Shown piece after piece: positions 48,701 to 62,027 of a stretch of 64,000 bases of DNA. The stretch comes from Octopus sinensis (Eukaryota): positions 12,648,001-12,712,000 of the forward strand of contig NC_043025.1 of the NCBI RefSeq assembly GCF_006345805.1, written 5' to 3'. The notes under the pieces are model-generated. The model was not told the origin of the DNA and did no database searches. It was given only the letters and a program-made list of their open reading frames with translations. Positions within the stretch are counted from its first letter, which is position 1, and every line of letters starts with the position of its first letter. A program made the translations under genes and the position numbers.

Positions 48701-49742
48701 TGTGATAGAAAAATTGTCAAGAATAAAAAAATCGATTTTGTACCGAGGGAAGCAATCCAAAAATGCTTGAGGCTGATATGGCAACAAACAAGTTACATAA
48801 CGAAGGGTAGTCGCTTCGGCATTGTAGAGGTGCGTTTCCCTAGCGAAGAAAAAGCTAGGGAACATTCAACAAGGACATTGAAGTCAGCAGAAGTAGTTCT
48901 GCTCCCGACTTACTTAGGAAAGAGAACTTCGAAAATCACAGTCACGGATATTCCACCAGAAATAAAATAAGTCAAGAGTAGGTAGAACCCTTGCATTTCT
49001 TTTCTTTTATATGATTGCACTTAACCTTGGGTGTTTGAATGTAAGTGGTCTGAGCTCGAAGTGGAAGCAAGCTTCTTTCCTGGACAACCTCAGATAACAC
49101 AATCTACATGTGATGGTTGCTACAGAGACCAAGCTGAACAGTCTACAAGCCTTCTCACCCCTCCTGAATGACTATGAGAAAATCATGTCTCCTAGCTGGT
49201 CCGGAAGGCAAGGGGGTGTAATTGGTACTGATTCGTAAAGGCTTGGCTCTGCAGACATTGAAGGAGTTCAGACGCTCATAAGAGACAATACAGATCCCAC
49301 ATGGTGCATATGACAATCACCGAGAAAATTAGGAATGGTGACATCGAAGGAGTTAAAAAATTAATAAGTAAGGATCCAACGAAAGTTGTTCTGTTTATTG
49401 CCTTCTCAAATTTGACTGTTTATTATTTTATACACAATATGAAATGTTGCTAAGTAACCACATAAATCTTCCCATAATATTTCATTTCTTTCTTTGCCTC
49501 TTTCCTCTAATCCTCATCATTGACATTTTTATAAATATTTAACCAAAAATTGAGATCCCACATGGCGCATACGAGAATGAGAGAAAATTTTCGATGGGTG
49601 ACATCGAAGGATTTCAAATGCTCATAAAAGACAAACTAGATGCCACATGGTGCATACGAGAATCACTGAGAAAATTTGGGATGGGTGACATCGAAGGGGT
49701 TAAAGATTTAATAAAAAAGGATCGAACAATAGTAAGTTGTTT

Positions 49743-51311
49743 GGCACTGTCATGCCTTTAGTCGTCTGAAGTGAAAGTAGAAAAATCAGACGTCAACTTC
49801 GTGTATTTCCATCGTCAAGTTTATACCTTCGTTAATTTACTCCGTTTATTTACCTACCACCACGCTGTTAGGTTTATAAAACAATTGAAGTTCAGTTTAA
49901 ACTTTATAAATAAATATATTCTTGCATTATTCATTATTGTTTTTAAAAAAGAAATCACACCAAATCTGCACAAATGACTACCACCACCACGGGATCACAT
50001 ACATCAATCAGAATGACCACTGACCACCACTACCACCACTGAAACCGCACGTAATTCAAAGTTTGAAAGTTCCTCATTTTGAAAGTTCTTCTCTTTGATA
50101 TCAACACGTGCCAAAAAATTTTCAATATGGCTTCTGCATATCCAAGTCTAAAAGAAATTAATCACCGCGATATTGCCATCGCCACAGCTACAGCAGCAGA
50201 TAGCATTAATTTGCTTAAGAGACATGGCCTTTTGAATACCCAGAAAATATGTATATCGTGTGGAGGTAGCATGAGTGAAATAGCGAAAAAAAATTTCTTG
50301 TATGAAGTAATATGGTCATGTGGAAGGCCTTGTAGAAAAACCGTTTCAGTTAGAAAAGGAATATTTTTAGAAAATAGTAAATTGAAGTGTCAACAAATTA
50401 TAGATATATTGTATTATTGGGCCAAAGAAGATTTAGCCAAGGGAATAGGACAGGAATGTCATTTAGCAAATGTAGCCGTGACAGATTGGAGGAATTTTTG
50501 CCGTGATATATGTGCAGAATATTATGTTGCACAAAACATTAAGCTCGGAGGGCCGAACCGAATTGTAGAGATAGACGAAAGCGCGTTTGTTAGAAGGAAA
50601 TATAATGTTGGCCATCGGGTTAAAACGCAGTGGGTATTTGGCGCTTTAGAAAGAGATACCAGAAGATGTTTATTAGTGACAGTGGAAGATCGGAGAGCGG
50701 ATACCCTTTTACAAATTATACAAGACCGTATATTGCCTGGTACAACCATAATTTCCGACCTTTGGCGTTCGTATAATACGCTCAATCAGCTAGGATACAG
50801 GCATTTGACCATGAATCATTCAATAAATTTTGTTGATCTGGTAACATTTGCCAAAACCAACCACATAGACTGTTTATGGAAGCATGTGAAGAATTGTAAC
50901 AAAAGAGAAAATGGAACAGCCCGAAATTTACTTCAGACCCATCTCATCGAATTCATGTGGCGTTATGAATTTAAGGACGATATATTCGGAAAGTTATTGG
51001 AGCAAATTCGACAGCTATATCCATGTGTCTGAGACCTTAGAGAGTATAAGTATCTACAGAGCATAAGTATCACATTTATTTTTAAACTTAACTTCAAGCT
51101 TCATTTGTTTTATATTTTGATAAATTCTCTGTTGAAAATTATATTTTTACATTCTAAATAATTTGCGTTTATTAATTTGATATATTTACACGCGTTTTTG
51201 ATAAACTTTGCGTTTTTTAATTTGATAAATTCTACGGAAAGAAACGAAGGTGGACAAGTGACGTCACACTTTTTCTACTTTCCTCCTGACAACTAAAAGC
51301 ATGACAGTGCC
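49743..51311 (+). mobile_element. Complete Merlin DNA transposon (1569 bp)
   Basis: Imperfect TIRs GGCACTGTCATGC(C/T)TTTAGT; 8-bp TSD AGTTGTTT/AGTTGTTC; the empty-site sequence GTAAGTTGTTCTGTTTATTGCC occurs in a sister module at about 47054. Confidence 0.92.
50127..51032 (+). CDS. ISXO2/IS1595-like (Merlin) DDE transposase, 301 aa from the first ATG
   Basis: C-x2-C...C-x3-C N-terminus; KLGGPNRIVEIDES; RRKYNVGH; WVFG; ILPGTTIISDLWRSY; NHS..FVD; HLIEFMWR. Confidence 0.92.
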   Translation: MASAYPSLKEINHRDIAIATATAADSINLLKRHGLLNTQKICISCGGSMSEIAKKNFLYEVIWSCGRPCRKTVSVRKGIFLENSKLKCQQIIDILYYWAKEDLAKGIGQECHLANVAVTDWRNFCRDICAEYYVAQNIKLGGPNRIVEIDESAFVRRKYNVGHRVKTQWVFGALERDTRRCLLVTVEDRRADTLLQIIQDRILPGTTIISDLWRSYNTLNQLGYRHLTMNHSINFVDLVTFAKTNHIDCLWKHVKNCNKRENGTARNLLQTHLIEFMWRYEFKDDIFGKLLEQIRQLYPCV

Positions 51312-54300
51312 AGTTGTTCTGTTTATTGCCTTCTCAAATTTGACTGTTTATTATTTTATACACAATATGAAATGTTGCTAAGTAACCACATAAATTTGTC
51401 CATAATATTTCATTTCTTTCTTTGCCTCTTTCCTCTAATCCTCATCATCAACATTTTTATAAATATTTAACCAAAAATTGAGATCCCACATGGAACATAC
51501 GAGAATCACTGATAAAATTTGGATGGGTGACATTGAAGGAGTTGAAATTTTCATAAAAGACAATCCAGATCCCACAGGGTGCATACGAGAATCACTGAGA
51601 AAATTTTGGATGGGTGACATGAAAGGGGTTGAAAATATGATAAGAATGGATTCAACAAGGACATTGAAGTTGGCAGAAGTAGTTCTGCTCCCGACTTACT
51701 TAGGAAAGAGAACTTCGAAAATCACAGTCACGGATATTCCACCAGAAATTTAAAAAAGTCCAAGAGTAGGTAGAACCCTTGCATTTCTTTTGTTTTAAAT
51801 GACTGCACTTAACCTTGGGTGTTTGAATGTAAGTGGTCTGAGCTCAAAATGGAAGCAAGCTTCTTTCCTGGACAACCTCAGATAACACAATCTACATGTG
51901 ATGGTTGCTACAGAGACCAAGCTGGACAGTCTACAAGCCTTCTCGCCCCTCCTGAATGACTATGAGAAAATCATGTCTCCTAGCCGGTCCGGAAGGCAAG
52001 GGGGTATAATTGGTTCTGATTCGTAAAGGCTTGGCTCTGCAGACATCGAAGTAGTTCAGACGCTCATAAAAGACAATCCAGATCCCACATAGCGCATACG
52101 AGTATCACTGAGAAAATTTGGATGGATGACATCGAAGGGGTTAGAAATATAATAAGAATGGATCCAACAAAAGTAAGTTGTTCTCTTTATTGACATTTTA
52201 AAAATATTTAACCAAAAATTGAGATCCCACATGGCGCATACGAGAATAACTGATAGAATTTGGATGAATGACATCGAAGGGGTTAAAAATTTAATAAAAA
52301 AGGATCCAACAAATGTTGTTCTGTTTATTGCCTTCTCAAATTTGACTGTTTTTAGGGAGTATAATTGAAAACTTTACAATGTAAGAATCAATTTTGACCG
52401 AGTATGTTGGTCGAAATAATTCAAGAAGCAAACCAGCTGGATGAGCCAGCAAAAAAGTTTGCGGCAGTAGCCAAATTTTAGGTTTATCCACTGGGGTGCG
52501 AGGTACACAACGGTGGGTGTGCTTTTCGACACCCCTGCGGAGGCTCAAAAATTTGACTATAACCCTAATTTGGTTTCTCCCCACCTATGGTGGGCAAAAA
52601 TTGACAAGCGCCTGAGGGTGTGGGCTGTCACCCGGAATAGAAACTGAATGGATAGAAGATACTTATCTTTTGGGGTCTGGGTGGTGACCCAGCCAGGCGC
52701 TTAAATGTAAAAATTTTGCCAGCAGCTGATTGGGTAGGGTCAAAAGCAATTTTGATATAGAAAACGAGTTGGTAGGATACCTGCTAAATTTTAGGTTTAT
52801 CCACTGGGGTGGGAGGTACACAACGGCGGCTGATTGCGTCAGGTCAAAAGCAATTTTGAATTTATGGACCTAAGAAGTGTCTTAGGTCCTTGGCATCTCT
52901 CTACCCAACCAAATCTCAAACATCAGAGGACAACTGCTAGTGTTTAAGATTCAAAAGAAATAAACTTTCTTTTCAATGAATCACAGAGAAAATTTTAATG
53001 AGTGACATCGAAGGAGTTCAGACGCTCATAAAAGAGAATCCAGATCCCACATGGTGCATACGAGAAACACTGAGAAAATTTGGATGAATGACATCGAAGG
53101 GGTTAAAAAATTAATAAGTAAGGATCCAACAAAAGTTGTTCTGTTTATTGCCTTCTCAAATTTGACTGTTTATTATTTTATACACAATATGAAATGTTGC
53201 TAAGTAACCACATAAATTTGTCCATAATATTTCATTTCTTTCTTTGCCTCTTTCCTCTAATCCTCATCATTGACATTTTTATAAATATTTAACCAAAAAT
53301 TGAGATCCCACATGACGCATACGAGAATCACTGATAAAATTTAGATGAGTGACATCAAAGGAGTGGAAAGACTCGTAAAAAAGGATCCAACAAAAGTTGT
53401 TCTGTTTATTGCCTTCTCAAATTTGACTGTTTATTATTTTATACACAATATGAAATGTTGCTAAGTAACCACATAAATTTGTCCATAATATTTCATTTCT
53501 TTCTTTGCCTCTTTCCTCTAATCCTCATCATTGACATTTTTATAAATATTTAACCAAAAATTGAGATCCCACATGACGCATACGAGAATCACTGAGAAAA
53601 TTTAGATGAGTGACATCAAAGGAGTGGAAAGACTCGTAAAAAAGGATCCAACAAAAGTTGTTCTGTTTATTGCCTTCTCAAATTTGACTGTTTTAGGGAG
53701 TATAATTGAAAACTTTACAATGTAAGAATCAATTTCGACCGAGTATGTTGGTCGAAATAATTCAAGAAGCAAACCAGCTGCATGAGCCAGCAAAAAAAAA
53801 AAGCGTGTTTCCTCGACGACCTCAGATCACACGATATGCATGTGATGGTTGCTACAGAGACCAAGCTGAACAGTCTACAAGCCTTCTAGCCCCTCCTGAA
53901 TGACTATGAGAAAATCATGTCTCCTAGCCGGTCCGGAAGGCAAGGGGGTGTAATTGGTACTGATTCGTAAAGGCTTGGCTCTACAGCCATCGAAGGAGTT
54001 CAGACGCTCATAAAAGACAATCCAGATCCCACATGGCGCATACGAGTATCACTGAGAAAATTTGGATGGGTGACATCGAAGGAGTTAGAAATATAATAAG
54101 AATGGATCCAACAAAAGTAAGTTGTTCTCTTTATTGACATTTTTTAAATATTTAACCAAAAATTGAGATCCCACATGGCGCATACGAGAATCACTGAGAA
54201 AATTTGGATGGATGACATTGAAGGGGTTAAAAATTTAATAAAAAAGGATCCAACAAAAGTTGTTCTCTTTATTGCCTTCTCAAATTTGACTGTTTTTAGG

Positions 54301-57300
54301 GAGTATAATTGAAAATTTTACAATGTAAGAATCAATTTTGACCGAGTATGTTGGTCGAAATAATTCAAGAAGCAAACCAGCTGGATGAGCCAGCAAAAAA
54401 GTTTGCGGCAGTAGCCAAATTTTAGGTTTATCCACTGGGGTGCGAGGTACACAACGGTGGGTGTGCTTTTCGACACCCCTGCGGAGGCTCAAAAATTTGA
54501 CTATAACCCTAATTTGGTTTCTCCCCACCTATGGTGGGCAAAAATTGACAAGCGCCTGAGGGTGTGGGCTGTCACCCGGAATAGAAACTGAATGGATAGA
54601 AGATACTTATCTTTTGGGGTCTGGGTGGTGACCCAGCCAGGCGCTTAAATGTAAAAATTTTGCCAGCGGCTGATTGGGTAGGGTCAAAAGCAATTTTGAT
54701 ATAGAAAACGAGTTGGTAGGATACCTGCTAAATTTTAGGTTTATCCACTGGGGTGTGAGGTACACAACGGCGGCTGATTGCGTCAGGTCAAAAGCAATTT
54801 TGAATTTATGGACCTAAGAAGTGTCTTAGGTCCTTGGCATCTCTCTACCCAACCAAATCTCAAACATCAGAGGACAACTGCTAGTGTTTAAGATTCAAAA
54901 GAAATAAACTTTCTTTTCAATGAATCACAGAGAAAATTTTGATGAGTGACATTGAAGGAGTTCAGATGCTCATAAAAGACAATCCAGATCCCACAGGGAG
55001 CATACGAGAATCACTGAGAAAATCTTGGATGAATGACATCGAAGGGGTTAAAAAATTAATAAGTAAGGATCCAACAAAAGTTGTTCTGTTTATTGCCTTC
55101 TCAAATTTGACTGTTTATTATTTTATACACAATATGAAATGTTGCTAAGTAACCACATAAATTTGTCCATAATATTTCATTTCTTTCTTTGCCTCTTTCC
55201 TCTAATCCTCATCATTGACATTTTTATAAATATTAACCAAAAATTGAGATCCCACATGACGCATACGAGAATCACTGAGAAAATTTAGATGAGTGACATC
55301 AAAGGAGTGGAAAGACTCGTAAAAAAGGATCCAACAAAAGTTGTTCTGTTTATTGCCTTCTCAAATTTGACTGTTTTAGGGAGTATAATTGAAAACTTTA
55401 CAATGTGAGAATCAATTTTGACCGAGTATGTTGGTCGAAATAATTCAAGAAGCAAACCAGCTGGATGAGCCAGCAAAAAAAAAAAAGCGTGTTTCCTCGA
55501 CGACCTCAGATCACACGATATGCATGTGATGGTTGCTACAGAGACCAAGCTGAACAGTCTACAAGCCTTCTAGCCCCTCCTGAATGACTATGAGAAAATC
55601 ATGTCTCCTAGCCGGTCCGGAAGGCAAGGGGGTGTAATTGGTACTGATTCGTAAAGGCTTGGCTCTACAGCCATCGAAGGAGTTCAGACGCTCATAAAAG
55701 ACAATCCAGATCCCACATGGCGCATACGAGTATCACTGAGAAAATTTGGATGGGTGACATCGAAGGAGTTAGAAATATAATAAGAATGGATCCAACAAAA
55801 GTAAGTTGTTCTCTTTATTGACATTTTTTAAATATTTAACCAAAAATTGAGATCCCACATGGCGCATACGAGAATCACTGAGAAAATTTGGATGGATGAC
55901 ATTGAAGGGGTTAAAAATTTAATAAAAAAGGATCCAACAAAAGTTGTTCTCTTTATTGCCTTCTCAAATTTGACTGTTTTTAGGGAGTATAATTGAAAAC
56001 TTTACAATGTAAGAATCAATTTTGACCGAGTATGTTGGTCGAAATAATTCAAGAAGCAAACCAGCTGGATGAGCCAGCAAAAAAGTTCGCGGCAGTAGCC
56101 AAATTTTAGGTTTATCCACTGGGGTGCGAGGTACACAACGGTGGGTGTGCTTTTCGACACCCCTGCGGAGGCTCAAAAATTTGACTATAACCCTAATTTG
56201 GTTTCTCCCCACCTATGGTGGCCAAAAATTGACAAGCGCCTGAGGGTGTGGGCTGCCACCCTGAATAGAAACTGAATGGATAGAAGATACTTATCTTTTG
56301 GGGTCTGGGTGGTGACCCAGCCAGGCGCTTAAATGTAAAAATTTTGCCAGCGGCTGATTGGGTAGGGTCAAAAGCAATTTTGATATAGAAAACGAGTTGG
56401 TAGGATACCTGCTAAATTTTAGGTTTATCCACTGGGGTGCGAGGTACACAACAGCGGCTGATTGCGTCAGGTCAAAAGCAATTTTGAATTTATGGACCTA
56501 AGCAGTGTCTTAGGTCCTTGGCATCTCTCTACCCAACCAAATCTCAAACATCAGAGGACAACTGCTAGTGTTTAAGATTCAAAAGAAATAAACTTTCTTT
56601 TCAATGAATCACAGAGAAAATTTTGATGAGTGACATTGAAGGAGTTCAGATGCTCATAAAAGACAATCCAGATCCCACAGGGAGCATACGAGAATCACTG
56701 AGAAAATCTGGATGAATGACATCGAAGGGGTTAAAAAATTAATAAGTAAGGATCCAACAAAAGTTGTTCTGTTTATTGCCTTCTCAAATTTGACTGTTTA
56801 TTATTTTATACACAATATGAAATGTTGCTAAGTAACCACATAAATTTGTCCATAATATTTCATTTCTTTCTTTGCCTCTTTCCTCTAATCCTCATCATCG
56901 ACATTTTTATAAATATTTAACCAAAAATTGAGATCCCACATGACGCATACGAGAATCACTGAGAAAATTTAGATGAGTGACATCAAAGGAGTGGAAAGAC
57001 TCGTAAAAATAGATCCAACAAAAGTTGTTCTGTTTATTGCCTTCTCAAATTTGACTGTTTTAGGGAGTATAATTGAAAACTTTATTATGTGAGAATCAAT
57101 TTTGACCGAGTATGTTGGTCGAAATAATTCAAGAAGCAAACCAGCTTGATGAGCCAGCAAAAAAGTTCGCGGCAGTAGCCAAATTTTAGGTTTATCCACT
57201 GGGGTGTGATGTACACAATGGTGGGTGTGCTTTTCGACACCCCTGCGGAGGCTCAAAAATTTGACTATAACCCTAATTTGGTTTCTCCCGACCTATGGTG

Positions 57301-60300
57301 GGCAAAAATTGACAAAAGCCTGAGGGTGTGGGCTGCCACCCTGAATAGAAACTGAATGGATAGAAGATACTTATCTTTTGGGGTCTGGGTGGTGACCCAG
57401 CCAGGCGCTTAAATGTAAAAATTTTGCCAGCGGCTGATTGGGTAGGGTCAAAAGCAATTTTGATATAGAAAACGAGTTGGTAGGATACCTGCTAAATTTT
57501 AGGTTTATCCACTGGGGTGTGAGGTACACAACGGCGGCTGATTGCGTCAGGTCAAAAGCAATTTTGAATTTATGGACCTAAGCAGTGTCTTAGGTCCTTG
57601 GCATCTCTCTACCCAACCAAATCTCAAACATCAGAGGACAATTGCTAGTGTTTAAGATTCAAAAGAAATAAACTTTCTTTTCAATGAATCACAGAAAATT
57701 TGGATGAATGACATCGAAGGAGTTCAGATGCTCATAAAAGACAATCCAGATCCCACAGGGAGCATACGAGAATCACTGAGAAAATCTTGGATGAATGACA
57801 TCGAAGGGGTTAAAAAATTAATAAGTAAGGATCCAACAAAAGTTGTTCTGTTTATTGCCTTCTCAAATTTGACTGTTTATTATTTTATACACAATATGAA
57901 ATGTTGCTAAGTAACCACATAAATTTGTCCATAATATTTCATTTCTTTCTTTGCCTCTTTCCTCTAATCCTCATCATCGACATTTTTATAAATATTTAAC
58001 CAAAAATTGAGACCCCACATGGTGCATACAAGAATCACTGAGAAAATTTAGATGAGTGACATCAAAGGAGTGGAAAGACTCGTAAAAATAGATCCAACAA
58101 AAGTTGTTCTGTTTATTGCCTTCTCAAATTTGACTGTTTATTATTTTATACACAATATGAAATGTTGCTAAGTAACCACATAAATTTGTCCATAATATTT
58201 CATTTCTTTCTTTGCCTCTTTCCTCTAATCCTCATCATCAACATTTTTATAAATATTTAACCAAAAATTGAGACCCCACATGGTACATACGAGAATCACT
58301 GAGAAAATTTAGATGAGTGACATCAAAGGAGTGGAAAGACTCGTAAAAATAGATCCAACAAAAGTTGTTCTGTTTATTGCCTTCTCAAATTTGACTGTTT
58401 ATTATTTTATACACAATATGAAATGTTGCTAAGTAACCACATAAATTTGTCCATAATATTTCATTTCTTTCTTTGCCTCTTTCCTCTAATCCTCATCATC
58501 GACATTTTTATAAATATTTAACCAAAAATTGAGACCCCACATGGTGCATACGAGAATCACTGAGAAAATTTAGATGAGTGACATCAAAGGAGTGGAAAGA
58601 CTCGTAAAAATAGATCCAACAAAAGTTGTTCTGTTTATTGCCTTCTCAAATTTGACTGTTTTTAGGGAGTATAATTGAAAACTTTACAATGTAAGAATCA
58701 ATTTCGACCAAGTATGTTGGTCGAAATAATTCAAGAAGCAAACCAGCTGGATGAGCCAGCAAAAAAAAAAAAGCATGTTTCCTCGACGACCTCAGATCAC
58801 ATGATATGCATGTGATGGTTGCTACAGAGACCAAGCTGGACAGTCTACAAGCCTTCTCGCCCTTACAGAATGACTATGAGAAAATCATGTCTCCTAGCCG
58901 GTCCGGAAGGCAAGGGGGTGTAATTGGTACTGATTCGTAAAGGCTTGGCTCTACAGCCATCGAAGGAGTTCAGACGCTCATAAAAGACAATCCAGATCCC
59001 ACATGGCGCATACGAGTATCACTGAGAAAATTTGGATGGGTGACATCGAAGGAGTTAGAAATATAATAAGAATGGATCCAACAAAAGTAAGTTGTTCTCT
59101 TTATTGACATTTTAAAAATATTTAACCAAAAATTGAGATCCCACATGGCGCATACGAGAATAACTGATAGAATTTGGATGAATGACATCGAAGGGGTTAA
59201 AAATTTAATAAAAACGGATCCAACAAAAGTTGTTCTGTTTATTGACCTCTCAAACTTGACTGTTTTTAGGGAGTATAATTGAAAACTTTACTAAGTAAGA
59301 CTCAATTTTGACCGAGTATGTTGGTCGAAATAATTCAAGAAGCAAACCAGCTGCAAGAGCCAGCCAAAAAGTTCGCGGCAGTAGCTGCTGTGTCTTCAAG
59401 AAGTATTACAATTGAAACAGAGAAGCTCTCTGAGCTTTTTCAGAGAATGAAAGAGGAGGGTGGGGATATAAAGATCTCACCCTCACCTAGTGTTGAAAAT
59501 ATGAAGAGGACAGTCGTTTACAAAACGTACCATCTTTCATCAAAAAAATTTAAGAACTTTCGAAAGTGTGAAATAGAAAAATGCCAGGTCCCTATATGGA
59601 AAGATATAAAATACATAGCGAGGGACCAGGTATATGGAACAATAGAAGACAGATTCGAGACGGACGATGAAGCACAAAAGCACTCAGTGAGTCATCTAAA
59701 AACAAAGGAGGTGGTGCTGCTCCCAACATACAGTACATGTGATGGTTGCTACAGAGACCAAGCTGGACAGTCTACAAGCCTTCTCGCCCCTCCTGAATGA
59801 CTATGAGAAAATCATGGACAGTTTTTCTATCACAGATTTCTTCTTCAACAGAAGTATTTTAAATAGCTTGTTCTTCCTTCTGACACCCACATGTGGGAAT
59901 ATTCTGTTGTTCACATGGTGGATGGCTTCGTCACCAAGCTCTAGCAAGAGAATAAGTGGTATGGAATGATGACTGTGCCCTGCAGAGTTACAAGCTGCCC
60001 TTTGGCAAATCATAGCACCCCTTCAGCAACCCTGCCAGGGGTTATGGTGAAGTCAAGACACTGTAGCACGGCAGATTGTCAAGAGACAACAGAAGAGAAC
60101 AACTGAGCCAAACGGTGCTTTTTAGATTGATGCTGACTGGAGGAATCTTAGAAGATCCATGGTCGGGGCCATCAAGCTCTATCAAAGGAGCAACACATCT
60201 GTCGGGGGAGGGAACGTCCAGGGTTGGGTAATCTGTATGACCATAGGGGCAAAGTGTGACTGGCTCTAACATGTTGACAGAGTAATGATCGACAACAGCC

Positions 60301-60343
60301 AATCAGTTGCGGATTTGTAGACAAGAACTAAGGACAGGAAGTA

Positions 60344-60592
60344 TTGGAGGAATGTCCGTGGAGATCAAGGAAACCCCTCGCCGTGGTTTCAACTGCGAAG
60401 CAGGCAGTATGGAAGACAAGGATGAAAGGGATGATAACAGGTGACTACATCTCTGGTTCAGGTCTGGTGGAATATTTTAAATTCCACCTGAAAAGACATA
60501 TAGAACTGGAGAGAAGGAGCCTGAGTAAGAAAGTGTTTGATGAAAGATGGAAAAATGTGGCAAGTAAAGGATCCCTCACAAATGCGAGATAG
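60344..60592 (+). mobile_element. L1/Tx1-type ORF2 C-terminal fragment
   Basis: LVEYFKFHLKRHIELERRSLSKKVFDERW-type terminus; recognised by resemblance only. Confidence 0.5.
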
Positions 60593-60929
60593 GAGGAAAA
60601 AATGAAACAAAGTTAAGTGTCGTGGCGGGAAGCATGGGGTCGCGAACCCGCCCCACTGCATTTTCTAATTTGTTTACTTTGTCTTTGTGTAATCATTCGA
60701 TTTTATTATTCATTTTCGATTTTAACTGACCCCAAATGTTCATAATGGTTTCATCATTCGTGATTGTATGTTTACTCTATGTCGCCCCTAGTGGGTAATA
60801 AAGAAATCAATCTAAAGAAGAAAGATGAACTGTTTGGAAGTTTAAGAATTCTAAATGCTTTCATTATTGAATACACATTACGCTTATTATCTTGGTTTCA
60901 TATTATGGCACAAGGCCAACAACCCTTCA

Positions 60930-61570
60930 TGGTTGGACAACGAAAAACCTGGCTGGTGACAGTCAAGGCTGATCTGGAACCCAACCCACGAAGCAATTGC
61001 CCCAGCTCCCCTTCAGGGTTGGCGAAAGCGATATGGTGGACAACGAAAAACCTGGCTGGTGACAGTCAAGGCTGATCTGGAACCCAACCCACGAAGCAAT
61101 TGCCCCAGCTCCCCTTCAGGGTTGGCGAAAGCGATATGGTGGACAACGAAAAACCTGGCTGATGACAGTCAAGGCTGATCTGGAACCCAACCCACGAAGC
61201 AATTGCCCCAGCTCCCCTTCAGGGTTGGCGAAAGCGATATGGTGGACAACGAAAAACCTGGCTGATGACAGTCAAGGCTGATCTGGAACCCAACCCACGA
61301 AGCAATTGCCCCAGCTCCCCTTCAGGGTTGGTGAAAGCGATGTGGTGGACAACAAAAAACCTGGCTGATGACAGTCAAGGCTGATCTGGAACCCAACCTA
61401 GGCCCCCATATCTACGGCGTTCACCGCTGGAATAAGGAGTGGTTGGAGATCACATGGCCGTTGGCCTCAAATCGCCAGGCCTGGTCGGCGTTTGTGAGAG
61501 ATGCAGCATTGAGAATGAATGAAGCCAGCTCAACCTACCCCGGGTGGATGCTGTCTCAAGACAAGAAAAG
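60930..61570 (+). repeat. RTE LINE 3' end with a 103-bp coding segment amplified about 4.6 times
   Basis: GACAAC(G)AAAAACCTGGCT at 60936, 61039, 61142, 61245, 61348; continues into the same tail as 31300-31500. Confidence 0.9.
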
Positions 61571-62027
61571 AGAACTCCCTTGTAGATTCCTGATGTCCCA
61601 CCCCCAGCTACACTCAGGTCAGCGTTGGCTGGGTCATGCCCTCCGTCGTCAACCAGGAGAATTCGTCTACGAAGCAATTGACCCAGCTCCTCGGGGGAAG
61701 AGGTGGCCCGCAGGAATTCCGTGAGTCCCCTAAAAACTAAAGAGGTGGTACTCCTGCCGACCTAGATGGGACATAGGACGTCCCGGGTCAAGATTGCAGA
61801 AGTGCCGCCAGAAGAGTACCATTTGATTTGAATGACATCAAACGGAAAGAAATGGATGAGTTCATAAGAAAAGCAAGAGCAAAAGGTTCACCAGGGAACA
61901 ATGGAGGGAGCTACAAGGTATATAAATATTGCCTGAAAATAGGTTTGCAGCTGTTTGCATTGCTACGAGAACTATTGAGGAAAAAAGCTGTGATTGAAAT
62001 ACTGTCAAAAATAAGAAAATTGACTTC

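Larger units (their letters stand above)
46975..59790 (+). repeat. Complex mosaic tandem array of shuffled modules
   Basis: More than 20 copies of GATGA(G/A)TGACATCGAAGG... modules, interleaved with LINE ORF1 and APE fragments and a ~510-bp module at about 52470, 54415, 56099 and 57179. Confidence 0.9.

Noticed and set aside
59800-60300. Minus-strand ORFs after the array
   Set aside because: Probably further retroelement debris, but no motif I can identify with confidence.
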